From: Myxococcaceae bacterium
Lineage (GTDB): Bacteria; Myxococcota; Myxococcia; Myxococcales; Myxococcaceae
DNA: 64,000 nt
Reading direction: 5' to 3'
NCBI GenBank assembly: GCA_035519675.1
Contig: DATIWB010000130.1
Coordinates: forward strand, 9,629-73,628
Shown piece by piece: positions 1-13,014 of this stretch (its first letter is position 1; each line of letters begins with the position of its first letter). The translations under genes and the position numbers were made by a program. The notes beneath the pieces are model-generated. The model made no database searches. It was given only the letters and a program-made list of their open reading frames with translations, and had not been told where the DNA came from.

Positions 1-515
1 ACCGGCTCGCCGTCGAGCGAGAGCGTGCGCCCGAGCACGGCCGGATCCGCTCCGAAGCGCCGCCGCCAGAGCGACTCGGAGAGCACGGCCACCCGGGGGC
101 CCGGCGGACCGGGCTCGATGAGGCGGCCGAGGAGCGGTCGCGCTCCGAGCACCTCGAAGACCTCCGCCGAGACCAGCGCCCCCTCGACGCGCTCCGGCTC
201 CCCGTCGCTGGCGAGGTTGAAGCCGCGGGCGCTGATCGCACCCATCGACGCGAATGGCTCGGCCTCGGACTTCCAGGTGAGGAAATCGGCGCCGGTGACG
301 GTGAGGCGGGTGCCGCGGGCATCGGTCTGGGAGGCGAAGACCAGGCGGTCGGCGTCGGCGTAGGGCAACGGCCTCCAGAAGAGCGCGTCGGCGACCTCCA
401 GGACGCTCAGCGCGGCCCCCAGCCCCAGCCCGAGGACCCCGACGGTGAGGGCGAGGAACCCGCGGCGTCGGGACAGGCGGGCGAGCATCCCCTGGATCCG
501 GACGATGGTGCTCAT
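1..515 (-). CDS. ABC transporter permease, MacB/FtsX-like (N-terminal part; gene continues past the left edge)
   Basis: Open-ended reverse frame absent from the ORF track. My translation from ATG (complement of 513-515): MSTIVRIQGMLARLSRRRGFLALTVGVLGLGLGAALSVLEVADALFWRPLPYADADRLVF...VAVLSESLWRRRFGADPAVLGRTLSLDGEP. This is one N-terminal TM helix followed by a MacB-type periplasmic domain signature. Third codon positions are GC-rich. Confidence 0.6.
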   Translation of the reverse strand, partial: MSTIVRIQGMLARLSRRRGFLALTVGVLGLGLGAALSVLEVADALFWRPLPYADADRLVFASQTDARGTRLTVTGADFLTWKSEAEPFASMGAISARGFNLASDGEPERVEGALVSAEVFEVLGARPLLGRLIEPGPPGPRVAVLSESLWRRRFGADPAVLGRTLSLDGEP

Positions 516-644
516 CGCACCGGAGCGTGCCACGTCCGGGACGGGCCGGAACCGGCGGCGCAGCCGGCGGCGAGCGTCCGCAACGCGCTTGCCCCGTCGG
601 TGTCCTCCGGGGGCGAGCCTCCACGGAGGCCGAGGAGACCCTTC

Positions 645-848
645 ATGCATCTGCGTAGACTCTTCCAGGTCCTCGTTCTCGGCGGCGGTGCGCTGGTCGC
701 CGGTGCCTGCGGTGGCAACGACACCGCGATCCGCCCTTCGCCCCAGCAGCAGACCCTGCCGGACGGCGGAGTGGTCATGCCCTCGCCGGGTGGTGGAGGC
801 GGAGGCGGCGGGACGATGGGGAATCCTGGCGCGCCCCCCGGCTGGTAG
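645..848 (+). CDS. small putative lipoprotein (Gly/Pro-rich)
   Basis: Internal ATG of ORF 600..848, preceded by GAGGAG. Signal peptide plus lipobox: MHLRRLFQVLVLGGGALVAG-C. Short and low-complexity, so uncertain. Confidence 0.35.
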   Translation: MHLRRLFQVLVLGGGALVAGACGGNDTAIRPSPQQQTLPDGGVVMPSPGGGGGGGGTMGNPGAPPGW

Positions 849-869
849 CACGGGGCCACCCTCCCTGGT

Positions 870-3452
870 TCAGGGCTCGGCGGGGTCGAGCAGGTAGAGC
901 ACGTCCGTCCGCCGCCGGAAGTGGAAGGCAAACGTCTTCCCGTCCGGCGTGGCGAGCACCTTGGTCAGCCGTGGAACCCCGGCAAGGTCCACCGGCGCGA
1001 GCGTCCGGTACGGGGTGACCTGGCGGGTCCTCGGATCGAAATTAACCACCGGGGCTGGCACCACGTTCCGCTCGAATGCCAGCAGGGTCTGGTCCTTCAA
1101 CCAGCCGACCACCCCGTACCTCGGTCCGAGCTCCGTCACGCGGTCCGGCGTCCCACCCTCGACCGGGATGAGGCTGGGGGTTCCGTCCGGATCGGACACC
1201 GCGACCCATCTCTGGTCCGGCGAGACCGCCAGAATGTAGCCGGGGGCGAGCGGCGGCGAGATGGAGCGCAGGTCGCCGCCATGCATGTCGAGCACGAAGA
1301 CCCGGCTCACGTCCTCGCCGCGCCTTCCGTACAGGGCCACCCGTTTCCCGTCGTGGAAGAAGCTCGCCGAGTACACCCGTTCCATCCCCGGGACGACGAA
1401 GTCCCGGGGCTCACCCGGGCCCGTCGGGAGAACCCGGAACTGATCGCTCTTCTCCTCCCGGAGGCTGACCAGCGCCTGGCTGCCGTCCGGGGTGAGCGCG
1501 AGGCTGCGACCGATCCCCAGCTGCGTCGGCGCTCGCTGGTCCAGGTTCCGGAGAACGACCAGGAGGTTCGGAGAGGCCCCCACCCCTGACTCGAAGGAGA
1601 GGATCTTCTTCCCGTCATCCGAGATCCCCGAGACGCTGGCCCAGTCGAGCCACTCGATCGCCCGCGCGGGTCCGTCCGGCGGGGCGACGACCAGCTCCTG
1701 TCCCCAGTCGCGCTCGCTGACCAGCATCCGGCCATCGCGGTCGACGTCGTCGATCTGGAGGTTGCCGGTGCCGCGGTAGACCAGCCGCGGCGCCCTTCCT
1801 TTCCGCAGGGCCCAGACCGACGCCAGCTCTCCCGGCCGCGCGAGCCCGGCGAGCACCTCCTCGGCGTTCCGGGTCCAGGCGACGCCGAAGCCATCGTCGA
1901 ACAACGAGCTCCACTCCTCGGCGCGACCGTCCGTGCCCACGACCATGACCCTCGCCGCGCTGTCACCGGGACGGGGGTGGTCCAAGAAGGCGACCCGATC
2001 GCCGCTCGGGGCGACCCGGGGATCGGTCACGAACCCGGTGGACTTGAAGACCACGCTCCCCAGCGGGAACTCGAGTGCGGTGCCCTCGGTTCCGCCGCGA
2101 ACCACCGCCAGCGTCTTCCCGTCGGGCGCCCAGTCCGCGTAGAAGACGTCGGTGGCCAGCTCGCGCGGGGTGCCTCCCAGCTGCGGCACCACCGCCAGCG
2201 TGCCCTTGAGCCCGAACGCCAGGGGGTAGGTCGGGTTCAGCAGGACGGCGAGGTCCCCCCCGCCGGAGACGGAGAGGAGCTCCGCCTTCCCCACGTCCAG
2301 ACTCCGGAAGACCCGCGACTCGGTGCTGGTGGTGAACAGCTCGGGCAGGGTGTCGTTCCAGGCGGCGCTGAAGTGCACCGTCTTGCCGTCGGGTGCGAAG
2401 CGCGCCGTGAAGATCGCGCCGCGGTGGAAGGTGAGCTGGTGGACGCGCGGCTGCGACGCCGGGGTCCGCGCCGCCCGCCCCGCGACGTAGGCGACGAGTG
2501 CGAGGAGGAGGGCGGGAGCGAGCCATCGGGCGAGCCGGATCGCGCGGGCGTGGCCCCGGCCCAGGGCCTCCAGCGGCTGGGCAGGTGTGGTCGACCCGGT
2601 CCCGCGCAGCGCCTCGAGGCTGAAGCCCACGTCACGCGCCGACTGGAAGCGTTGCTCGGGGTCCTTGGCCAGACAGCGCTGGACCACCTGTGCCACACCG
2701 GCCGGGACCGAGGGAGGCAGGGGCGCCGGTTCGTCGTGGAGGATGGAATAGCCGCTCTCGACGATGGAGCCGGTGCGGAAGGTGCGCTGCCCGGAGAGGA
2801 GCTCGTAAAGAATGGTGCCCAGGGCAAAGATGTCGCTCCGGGCGTCCACCTGCTCGCCCCGGACCTGCTCCGGCGACATGTAGCCCGGCGTCCCCAGCAC
2901 CGCACCGGTCCGGGTTGCCGAGCCGGCGGGGCTCATCGTGGGGTCGAGCAACCCACGCGCCTCGGTGACCCGGGGAGTGGCCTTGGCGATGCCGAAGTCC
3001 AGCAGCTTCACCTGGCCGGAGCGGGTGACGAAGACGTTCTCCGGTTTGAGGTCCCGGTGGATGATGCCGTGCGCATGCGCCGCGGCGAGCGCATGAGCAA
3101 TCTGCCCCGCCCAGTCGAGCGCCTGGAGCAGCGACACCGGGCCACGCAGGAGGCGCTCCCGGAGCGTCTCTCCCTGGAGCAGCTCGGTCACGACGTACGG
3201 CGCGCCCTCGTGCACCCCGATGTCGTGCACCGCGACGATGTTCGGGTGATTCAGCCCGCCGGCGAGGCGGGCCTCCTGCTCCAGCCGGTTCAGGAACGCG
3301 GTGTCGCCGGCCAGAGCCTCGCCGACCACCTTGATCGCCACCTCGCGCTGCAGCCGGCTGTCCCGGGCCCGGTAGACCTCCGACATCCCCCCGGAGCCGA
3401 GCGTGGCGAGCACCTCGTAGGGGCCGAGCCGGGTGCCGGGCGCGAGTCGCAC
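870..3452 (-). CDS. Ser/Thr protein kinase with TM segment and C-terminal TolB/WD40-like beta-propeller
   Basis: Hanks kinase motifs are present: [33 protein letters not shown]. The C-terminal ~500 aa carries repeated PDG/DG-K/R-VAF propeller-like motifs. Confidence 0.9.
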   Translation of the reverse strand: MRLAPGTRLGPYEVLATLGSGGMSEVYRARDSRLQREVAIKVVGEALAGDTAFLNRLEQEARLAGGLNHPNIVAVHDIGVHEGAPYVVTELLQGETLRERLLRGPVSLLQALDWAGQIAHALAAAHAHGIIHRDLKPENVFVTRSGQVKLLDFGIAKATPRVTEARGLLDPTMSPAGSATRTGAVLGTPGYMSPEQVRGEQVDARSDIFALGTILYELLSGQRTFRTGSIVESGYSILHDEPAPLPPSVPAGVAQVVQRCLAKDPEQRFQSARDVGFSLEALRGTGSTTPAQPLEALGRGHARAIRLARWLAPALLLALVAYVAGRAARTPASQPRVHQLTFHRGAIFTARFAPDGKTVHFSAAWNDTLPELFTTSTESRVFRSLDVGKAELLSVSGGGDLAVLLNPTYPLAFGLKGTLAVVPQLGGTPRELATDVFYADWAPDGKTLAVVRGGTEGTALEFPLGSVVFKSTGFVTDPRVAPSGDRVAFLDHPRPGDSAARVMVVGTDGRAEEWSSLFDDGFGVAWTRNAEEVLAGLARPGELASVWALRKGRAPRLVYRGTGNLQIDDVDRDGRMLVSERDWGQELVVAPPDGPARAIEWLDWASVSGISDDGKKILSFESGVGASPNLLVVLRNLDQRAPTQLGIGRSLALTPDGSQALVSLREEKSDQFRVLPTGPGEPRDFVVPGMERVYSASFFHDGKRVALYGRRGEDVSRVFVLDMHGGDLRSISPPLAPGYILAVSPDQRWVAVSDPDGTPSLIPVEGGTPDRVTELGPRYGVVGWLKDQTLLAFERNVVPAPVVNFDPRTRQVTPYRTLAPVDLAGVPRLTKVLATPDGKTFAFHFRRRTDVLYLLDPAEP

Positions 3453-3587
3453 GGCGTCACTCTAGCGCGGCCGGCGGGTGACGACCCCGCGCGCACGGTC
3501 CAGCACGTCGACGGCGCCGGCCAGGGGGGCGGGAATCTCGGCTTGGCGCCCGGCGAGAGCCTGGTAGGCTGATCCACTCCAGTCCCG

Positions 3588-4751
3588 ATGACCGTCCTCG
3601 CTCCGGCCCTCGTCGCCGCGCTGCTGACCGCCGCGCCGTCCAGCCCCCAGACTCGCATCCTGAACCGCCGCGTCGAGCGGAACCAGGTGCTGGCCAGCGC
3701 GCTCCGCGCCGCCGGGCTCGACGGCATCCAGACCGACCGCGTGGTCGGCGCGCTCCAGGGCGTGTTCGACTTCCGGAAGTCGCGGGTGGGCGATCAGCTG
3801 CGGCTGGTGTTCCGTGACGGTGAGCTGGACCACTTCGACTACCGCCAGAGCCCGGTGGACGAGTGGCAGGTCCGCCGCGATGGCGAGAAGTACGTGGCCA
3901 GCAAGCGGGAGGTCGAGGTCGAGACCCAGGTCTCGCGGGTGGAGCTGGAGGTCGCGAGCTCGCTGTACGACGCCGCGCTCGCCGCCAAGGAGGACCCCAC
4001 CATCGCCCTGGCGCTGGCCGACGTCTTCGCCTGGGACATCGACTTCTACGTGGACGTGCGCAAGGGCGACCGGGTCCGCTGCCTGGTGGAGAAGGTCCTG
4101 AGCAAGGGCCGGCTGCTACGCTACGGCGAGGTGGTCGCCGCCGAGTACCGGGGCGAGAGCGTCGGCACCAAGCGCGTCTTCCGCTGGCAGCTCCCGGACG
4201 GGGAGTGGTCCTACTTCCAGGAGGACGGGACCAGCGCGCGCAAGGCGTTCCTCAAATCGCCGCTCAAGTTCGCCCACGTGACCAGCCGCTTCGGGATGCG
4301 CTTCCATCCAGTGCTCGAGTACCTCAAGGCACACCAGGGCGTGGACTACGCCGCGGCCGTCGGGACCCCGGTGTGGGCCGTGGCCGATGGCACGGTCACC
4401 GTCGCCGGCAACACCGGCGCCGGCGGGAACAGCGTCTGCGTCCGGCACCGGAACGGATTCGAGACCTGCTACCTGCATCTCTCCTCGTACGGCCCGGGCG
4501 TCCGCACCGGCGCCCGGGTGGCGCAGAAGCAGGTCGTCGGCTACTCGGGCAACACCGGGCGGACCACCGGGCCGCACCTGCACTTCGCGATGAAGCGCAA
4601 CGGCGGGTTCGTGAACCCGCTGAACCAGAAGTTCCCCCGGAGCGAGCCGGTGCCCCCCACCCTCCTGGCGCGCTTCCGCGAGGCAGTGGCCCCGATCGCG
4701 GCGAGCCTCGACGCGCCCTCGCTGGCGGCGGTCACCCCCCCGAACCGCTAG
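3588..4751 (+). CDS. M23 family metallopeptidase (LytM-type)
   Basis: HQGVDYAAAVGTPVWAVADGTV ... GNTGRTTGPHLHFAMKRNGGFVNP are typical M23 HxxxD and HxH motifs. N-terminal signal or anchor present. Confidence 0.9.
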   Translation: MTVLAPALVAALLTAAPSSPQTRILNRRVERNQVLASALRAAGLDGIQTDRVVGALQGVFDFRKSRVGDQLRLVFRDGELDHFDYRQSPVDEWQVRRDGEKYVASKREVEVETQVSRVELEVASSLYDAALAAKEDPTIALALADVFAWDIDFYVDVRKGDRVRCLVEKVLSKGRLLRYGEVVAAEYRGESVGTKRVFRWQLPDGEWSYFQEDGTSARKAFLKSPLKFAHVTSRFGMRFHPVLEYLKAHQGVDYAAAVGTPVWAVADGTVTVAGNTGAGGNSVCVRHRNGFETCYLHLSSYGPGVRTGARVAQKQVVGYSGNTGRTTGPHLHFAMKRNGGFVNPLNQKFPRSEPVPPTLLARFREAVAPIAASLDAPSLAAVTPPNR

Positions 4752-4768
4752 CGAGCGCCCGCTCCCGG

Positions 4769-6145
4769 TCAGCCGGCACGGGACGTCCGGGCCGGATCCA
4801 GCGCCGGGGCTGGCGGCGCGCTCCCGGGGCGCTCCCACTCGAAGACCTCGGTCTCCCCGAGCGCGACCGGACGGCGCTCGAACAGCAGGACCGCACGGAG
4901 CCCGTCGGTGAAGTAGGGGTCGCCGGTCAGGTTGTGGTGCGGGCGGGTGGACGGGGCTGGATCGAGCCCCTTCACGAAGCCGAACTTCACCAGCGACTGC
5001 GAGTAGAGCATGTCCTGGATCAGCCCCAGCCGCACCTCGTCCACGTCGGGGTCGATCTTGTGGGTGGTGAGGTTCCAGGTCTTGAGCGTCCAGCGCACGC
5101 CGATGTCCCGGCTGATCTGCCCCAGCCAGACCGGTCGGTCACGGTACAGCAGGGGAGCGAGCCAGAAGCGGATGTGGTTGCGCTGGCTGATCGACTGCCG
5201 GGCCTTCTGGCCCGCCACGTCCTGGAAGCGCCCCAGGGCGTAGAGCGGGCTCACCGGCGAGTACCGGTACTTCGAGCCGAGGAGGAAGGACTTCACCGTC
5301 TTCCAGGACGAGCCCAGGTACACCACCTCCGTCGGATGCCAGCCCCGGCGAAGGAAGGCGGGGAACAGGTCGTCCGGCTTGCCGATCAGGACCACATTCA
5401 GTGGATCACCGCGGGCGCTCCCGTTCCTGTTGGTGGTCCAGCCCGGCAAACGCTCCAGGGCCGCGCGCAGCTCCTCCTCGGTCTCGAGCCGAGCCACCGA
5501 CTCGCGCCGGTAGATGCGGTCGAGGTCCAGGCGGCTGGCGTCGGTCCTGAGGCCCGGTACCCGCAGGAAGTAAGTGAAGCTCTTCACCGCCCCGTGCCGG
5601 GGAGCCACCAGATCGATCGCCACCGGCTTGGTGCCCTCGTCCAGGTTGGCGAAGACGAAGCCGGCCCCTCTGGTGCCGGGGAGCACGGGGCTGCGGAACT
5701 GGGACTGGTCGAAGAACTCGTCCATCTGACGGTTGGCCGACGGGGCGAACTTCGAGTGCCGGAGGTGCGCTGCCTCGCGGGCCGAGAAGTAGTCGGCGTC
5801 GAGCCCGGCAGCGAGCAGCCAGTACGGCACCTCCTCGGCGTTCTTCACCTCGATCCACACCGGCTGGATGCCGCTCCGGGCGAGGGCCGTGCCGAAGAGC
5901 GCCCGGCTCTCGCGGGCGCTGAGAACCGCGGCGGTCACCTCCACTCCTCCATCGCGCTGGGTCACGGCGCGGTCGGCGAGCGAGAGGTCCTCGAGGCGCC
6001 CGTGGCGATAGCCGGCCAGCGCGGTGATGTCCACGTCGCGCACCGAATCGAACAGCGCCCGGAGGCGCCGGCCCCGCCGCCAGCCGAGCACCACCAGCCC
6101 CAGCACCAGCCCGACCGCAAGGACGATGACGTCGCGCATCACCAT
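4769..6145 (-). CDS. membrane-anchored LssY-C-terminal-like domain protein
   Basis: N-terminal TM helix. The C-terminal block DPLNVVLIG...FLRRGWHPTE...SPVSPLY...GRFQDVAGQKARQSISQRNHIRFW resembles the LssY_C family from memory. Confidence 0.6.
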   Translation of the reverse strand: MVMRDVIVLAVGLVLGLVVLGWRRGRRLRALFDSVRDVDITALAGYRHGRLEDLSLADRAVTQRDGGVEVTAAVLSARESRALFGTALARSGIQPVWIEVKNAEEVPYWLLAAGLDADYFSAREAAHLRHSKFAPSANRQMDEFFDQSQFRSPVLPGTRGAGFVFANLDEGTKPVAIDLVAPRHGAVKSFTYFLRVPGLRTDASRLDLDRIYRRESVARLETEEELRAALERLPGWTTNRNGSARGDPLNVVLIGKPDDLFPAFLRRGWHPTEVVYLGSSWKTVKSFLLGSKYRYSPVSPLYALGRFQDVAGQKARQSISQRNHIRFWLAPLLYRDRPVWLGQISRDIGVRWTLKTWNLTTHKIDPDVDEVRLGLIQDMLYSQSLVKFGFVKGLDPAPSTRPHHNLTGDPYFTDGLRAVLLFERRPVALGETEVFEWERPGSAPPAPALDPARTSRAG

Positions 6146-6225
6146 GGCTCAGCCCACGGACCATAGTTGAACCACGCGGAGTCGCCACCGGCTTCAGCGG
6201 GAGCGGGTAGAGTTCCTCCCGCCAG

Positions 6226-8727
<2,502 letters not shown>

Positions 8728-8883
8728 ACGAGCTGCGGCCCGGGGGCGCGGTGCGCTCGCACCATCGCTCCTGGCGAATCCGGGTCCGTTGCACCACGGA
8801 TCTCGTGGGCCGAACGGCATCCTGCGAATCGCCGGAAGGACTGGGACCCTGCCCTCCTCCACGCAGTCCGGGAGGGGTTCCTC

Positions 8884-11800
8884 TTGCATCGAACGCTCCG
8901 ACGTCCCGCGACCTGGGCCTCACGGCGGCTCTTCTGGCTCGTGCTCCTCGTCGCTCCCGCCACCCGCGCCCAGAGCGGCATCTCGGTGCTGACCGGGACG
9001 GTGGTCGACTCCAGCACCCGCGCGCCGGTCTCCGACGTGGTGGTGACTGCCACCTCGCCCACGCTCCAGGGAGAGCAGGTCGTGGTGACCGACGCCAGTG
9101 GTCTCTACCGCGTCCCCCAGCTCCCGCCGGGCATCTACAGCTTGCGCTTCGAGAAGGAGAGCTACCGGCCCTACAGCCGGAGCGGGATCGATGTGGCGGC
9201 GGACCGGACGTTGCGACTCAACGTAGAGCTGCTCCCGGAGACCGCCGGGGTGGAGAACATTGCGGTGGTGGGCACGCCGCCGACCATCGACGTCGGCTCC
9301 AGCACCGTGGGCACCACGGTCAGCCAGGACTTCGTGCGCAATCTGCCGGTCGCCCGGCCCGGCGGGCTGTCCGGCGCCAACCGGTCCTTCGATTCCCTGG
9401 CGACGCTGGCCCCCACCGCGAACGCCGACGCCTACGGGGTCTCGATCAGCGGATCTCAGAGTCCAGAGAACAGCTACTTGATCGACGGATTGGCGGTGAA
9501 CGACACCGCGTACGGGGTCAACGGCTCACCCCTGACCATCGAGTTCATCGACGAAGTGAACGTGATCACCGGGGGCTACATGCCCGAGTACGGGCGGTCG
9601 CTCGGCGGCGCCCTCAGTGCGGTCACCAAGTCGGGAGGCAACGAGTTCCACGGCTCGGTCTTCGGCACCTACACCCCGGGCGCGCTGAGTGGGGCACCGG
9701 CCTCGGTGGAGGGGATCAGTGGCGGAGCAGTGAGCACCCGCACCTCCCTGTTCAACATCGGGGACTTCGGAGCCACGCTCGGCGGCTACATCCTCAAGGA
9801 TCGCCTCTGGTTCTTCGTCGGGTTCCAGTACGCGGCCAGCCGGAACTCGCTGTACCGGGACTTCGCCCAGGCCACCCTGGACGGCGGCGGGAACCAGGCG
9901 CTGGACCCCACGACCGGGCAGCCGATCTACACCCCCATCCCCGGCGGCACGCAGCGCTGGTTCCAGGACGAGCGGTCGATCAACTACATCGCCAAGCTGA
10001 CGTACTTGATCACCACCGACCACCGGGTGAGCGTCTCGATCAACGGCACACCCACCAGCGGCGGCGGTGACAGCGCCCTTCCGTTCCGCATCCCCGGACT
10101 CCTCCAGCTCCGCACTCCTCAGACCGCCTCGACCACCATCGGGGCGGGGACCTTCAACGCCTTCCACATCAAGACCCACAACGACTCGCTGAACGTGGTC
10201 GGTGAGCTGAACAGCGCCTTCCTGGAGAAGCGGCTCCTCCTGGACGCCCGCGTCGGCTGGCACCACCAGCGCGACGAGGGTCTGCCGGGGGATGGAAGCG
10301 AGTTCAACGTCGACGAGCGCACGACGCTGGCCGGTACCCCGCTGTACGCGCTCCATCCCAACATTCCGCGCAACGTCGCCGAGGTGGATCAGGTCCCTTC
10401 GGCGGTCTCGCAGGCCTGCGCCGGAGCCGACGGAGCGCAGAAGTGCGGCGTGCTGGCCTGGTTCACCGGCGGCCCGGGGTTCATCGAACGGCTGCAGCTG
10501 GATTCGTACCAGGCCCGCGGCGTGCTGACCTACATCTTCTCCGGGCTGGGGCACCACGTCTTCAAGGTCGGCGTCGACGGGGTCATCTCCTACTACGAGC
10601 ACAAGAAGGGCTACACCGGGCGAGTCAGCTTCGCCGAGGTTCCCGAGGACACGTTCCCTGGACCGGGCAGCGGGACCCAGCCCTTCGCGGTCTTCGAGAC
10701 CCGGAACTTCGGGCACCTCACCGGGCCAGATCAGCCGGTGCTCGACCCCTTCTCGGACGCCAAGACCAAGTCCACCATCCTCGGCGGCTTCGTCCAGGAC
10801 AGCTGGAGCATCCTGGACAAGGTCACCCTCAACGTGGGGCTGCGCTACGACCAGCTCGCGCTGTCTGGCGCGGACGGGGTGACCCGCATCTCGCTGAAGG
10901 ACCAGATCTCCCCGCGGGTGGGCCTGGTGTGGGACCCGACGCAGCAGGGACGCTCGAAGATCTACGCCAACTACGGGCGCTACTACGAACAGATCCCCCT
11001 GGACATCGCCGACCGCGAGCTGACCACCGCCTCGGGTCTGGTCGTCTACCACGACTACAACTGCGACCCCCTGGGCAGGGGCGTCCAGAACTGCATCGAC
11101 CACAGCCGGCTCTACTCCAACACCCGCCCCAGCCGAACCTGGCTGATCACCGCCGCGGATCAGGTCCCGGTGGATCCCAACCTCAAGTCGCCAACCAACG
11201 AGGAGATCGTGGTCGGCGCCGAGTACGAGGTGCTGGCCAATGCCCGCCTGGGAGTGAACTACATCCACCGGAACCTGGTGCGCACCGTCGAGGACATGTC
11301 CAACGACGAGGCGGCCACGTACTTCATCGGCAATCCGGGTGAGGGGATCGCCTCGTCCTTTCCCAAGGCCAAGCGCACCTACGACGCGGTGACGGTGAGC
11401 TTCACCAAGACCTTCTCCGATCTCTGGCTGGCGCAGGTCAGCTACACCTGGACCCGCCTCCACGGGAACTACGATGGGCTATACCGGCCGGAGAACAACC
11501 AGCTCGACCCGAACCTCAACTCCACCTTCGACCTCAAGTCGCTGCTCCTGAACCAGGAGGGGCCGCTGTTCGGTGACCTGACCCACACGGTGAAGGTCTA
11601 CCTGGCGAAGGAGTTCCCGATTCTCCCGGTGCTCAGCCTCACCCTGGGCGCCTCGTACAACGGCAATTCCGGCCCGCCGATCAGCTACCGCGGCGCGCAG
11701 GTCCTCTACGGGGCGGGCGAGGCTTACATCCTCCAGCGAGGCCAGGGAGGACGGCTCCCCTGGGTGAACACCGTCGACGCCCGCGTGGGAGTGAACTACC

Positions 11801-12231
11801 GGCTGGGGAGGGACAGCGTGGTCACCGTCGCGGTGGAGGGCTTCAACATCTTCAACTCCCAGCGGCCCACCTCGGTGAACGAGAATTACACCTACGACCA
11901 GGTGGGGCCGATCCCCAACGGGACCCAGGGCTCGATCCCCGGCACGGTCTTCGGCTCGACGGTCCTCCGCAACGACGATCCGACCAAGGGACCGGTCTAC
12001 GACCCGTCGAAGACCTTCGAGGAGAACGTGGCCGCCGGCGCGGCCCGGGTGATCTCGCCCGGCAATGGCTCGCTCCCCGCTCCCGGATACGTGAACGGCT
12101 CGGCCAAGCGGGTCCTGCTCCCCGACCCGGCACAGGCCCCGTTCCCCGCGGCGGTGAACCCCACCTGGGGTCGGCCAGCCAGCTACCAGGCCGTGCGGAC
12201 CATCCGCTTCAGCGCCCGGGTGACCTTCTGA
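8884..12231 (+). CDS. Oar-like TonB-dependent outer-membrane transporter, paralog 1 (CarboxypepD_reg-like N-domain + plug + barrel)
   Basis: Signal peptide ending ATRAQS. N-domain VLTGTVVD...GLYRVPQLPPGIYSLRFEK. C-terminal RFSARVTF ends in Phe. TTG start follows GGGAGGGG. Strongly similar to the ORFs at 14296 and 19270. Confidence 0.9.
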   Translation: MHRTLRRPATWASRRLFWLVLLVAPATRAQSGISVLTGTVVDSSTRAPVSDVVVTATSPTLQGEQVVVTDASGLYRVPQLPPGIYSLRFEKESYRPYSRSGIDVAADRTLRLNVELLPETAGVENIAVVGTPPTIDVGSSTVGTTVSQDFVRNLPVARPGGLSGANRSFDSLATLAPTANADAYGVSISGSQSPENSYLIDGLAVNDTAYGVNGSPLTIEFIDEVNVITGGYMPEYGRSLGGALSAVTKSGGNEFHGSVFGTYTPGALSGAPASVEGISGGAVSTRTSLFNIGDFGATLGGYILKDRLWFFVGFQYAASRNSLYRDFAQATLDGGGNQALDPTTGQPIYTPIPGGTQRWFQDERSINYIAKLTYLITTDHRVSVSINGTPTSGGGDSALPFRIPGLLQLRTPQTASTTIGAGTFNAFHIKTHNDSLNVVGELNSAFLEKRLLLDARVGWHHQRDEGLPGDGSEFNVDERTTLAGTPLYALHPNIPRNVAEVDQVPSAVSQACAGADGAQKCGVLAWFTGGPGFIERLQLDSYQARGVLTYIFSGLGHHVFKVGVDGVISYYEHKKGYTGRVSFAEVPEDTFPGPGSGTQPFAVFETRNFGHLTGPDQPVLDPFSDAKTKSTILGGFVQDSWSILDKVTLNVGLRYDQLALSGADGVTRISLKDQISPRVGLVWDPTQQGRSKIYANYGRYYEQIPLDIADRELTTASGLVVYHDYNCDPLGRGVQNCIDHSRLYSNTRPSRTWLITAADQVPVDPNLKSPTNEEIVVGAEYEVLANARLGVNYIHRNLVRTVEDMSNDEAATYFIGNPGEGIASSFPKAKRTYDAVTVSFTKTFSDLWLAQVSYTWTRLHGNYDGLYRPENNQLDPNLNSTFDLKSLLLNQEGPLFGDLTHTVKVYLAKEFPILPVLSLTLGASYNGNSGPPISYRGAQVLYGAGEAYILQRGQGGRLPWVNTVDARVGVNYRLGRDSVVTVAVEGFNIFNSQRPTSVNENYTYDQVGPIPNGTQGSIPGTVFGSTVLRNDDPTKGPVYDPSKTFEENVAAGAARVISPGNGSLPAPGYVNGSAKRVLLPDPAQAPFPAAVNPTWGRPASYQAVRTIRFSARVTF

Positions 12232-12980
12232 TGCGCGCCGACACCTCGACCGAGGAAACGACCATGCTCCGGAGCCTCCTCTGCGCCGCAGTGCTCACCG
12301 CGTCGCTGAACGCCTGCGTCCCGGACGCCGCGCCGCCGCCGTGCCTGATCCAGCGTGGCTACTACACCGTCCAGTTGACGCTGGAGACTCCGCCCTCGGG
12401 GGCCTGCACCGACGTGCTCCCTTCGATCTACGGGGACAGCTGGCGAATGGACATGTACCAGCCCGACAACCAGGTGGTGGTGCATCCGCTGTCCATGCCC
12501 TACCCCGACGTGGGAGGGGATCCGGATCCGTCCCATCCCTACTTCGGGAAGGGGAATCTCTCCGGAGAGCCGGACTCGCGAAGCGTGTGCACCATGCCCA
12601 CGATGTCCGAGGCCCGAGCCGACGTCGACCCGCTCGGCCTCGGTCCCGGTCAGGAGACGTACACGCTCTCCGCCGAGCAGCTCGAGTTCCTCAGCGGCGC
12701 CGACTACCAGGGGACCGAGTTCCAGGGCGAGGTGGCCATCTCCTTCGGTGACTGCTCCGGGACCTACAAGGCCCTAGCGCTGAACCCGCTGGTGCCGTGC
12801 GCCTCGGACGACGATTGCTCGCCGGACGCAGATCCAACCGCCGGCCGGGCCATCGGCTCGGGCATCAACGCCCAGTACGCGGTGGCCTGCACCAAGGCGG
12901 ACTGGGTGACGAACTTTCTCACCGGGGATCCGACGGTGGGGGTGTGCTTCTTCACCAAACCCTTCCCGGGGCTGAAGTGA
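12231..12980 (+). CDS. 8-Cys lipoprotein partner of the Oar-like transporter, paralog 1
   Basis: ATG overlaps the transporter stop (TGATG). Lipobox LTASLNA-C; the true start may be the second Met at 12264. Eight conserved Cys and the C-terminal GVCFFTKPFPGLK are shared with 17550 and 22612. Confidence 0.75.
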   Translation: MRADTSTEETTMLRSLLCAAVLTASLNACVPDAAPPPCLIQRGYYTVQLTLETPPSGACTDVLPSIYGDSWRMDMYQPDNQVVVHPLSMPYPDVGGDPDPSHPYFGKGNLSGEPDSRSVCTMPTMSEARADVDPLGLGPGQETYTLSAEQLEFLSGADYQGTEFQGEVAISFGDCSGTYKALALNPLVPCASDDDCSPDADPTAGRAIGSGINAQYAVACTKADWVTNFLTGDPTVGVCFFTKPFPGLK

Positions 12981-13014
12981 CCGGCCCGGGTCCGGCGAAC
13001 CAGGGGAGCAGGAC

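Noticed and set aside
3863-6166. 767-aa forward ORF
   Set aside because: It is out of frame with the M23 peptidase gene and antisense to the LssY-like gene, and its composition is Arg/Gly/Pro-rich.
8728-8883. Cobalamin or other riboswitch in the transporter leaders
   Set aside because: I could find no B12-box-like sequence or recognisable riboswitch core by eye. The leaders are short, at 123-246 nt. An Infernal scan would be needed to exclude one formally.
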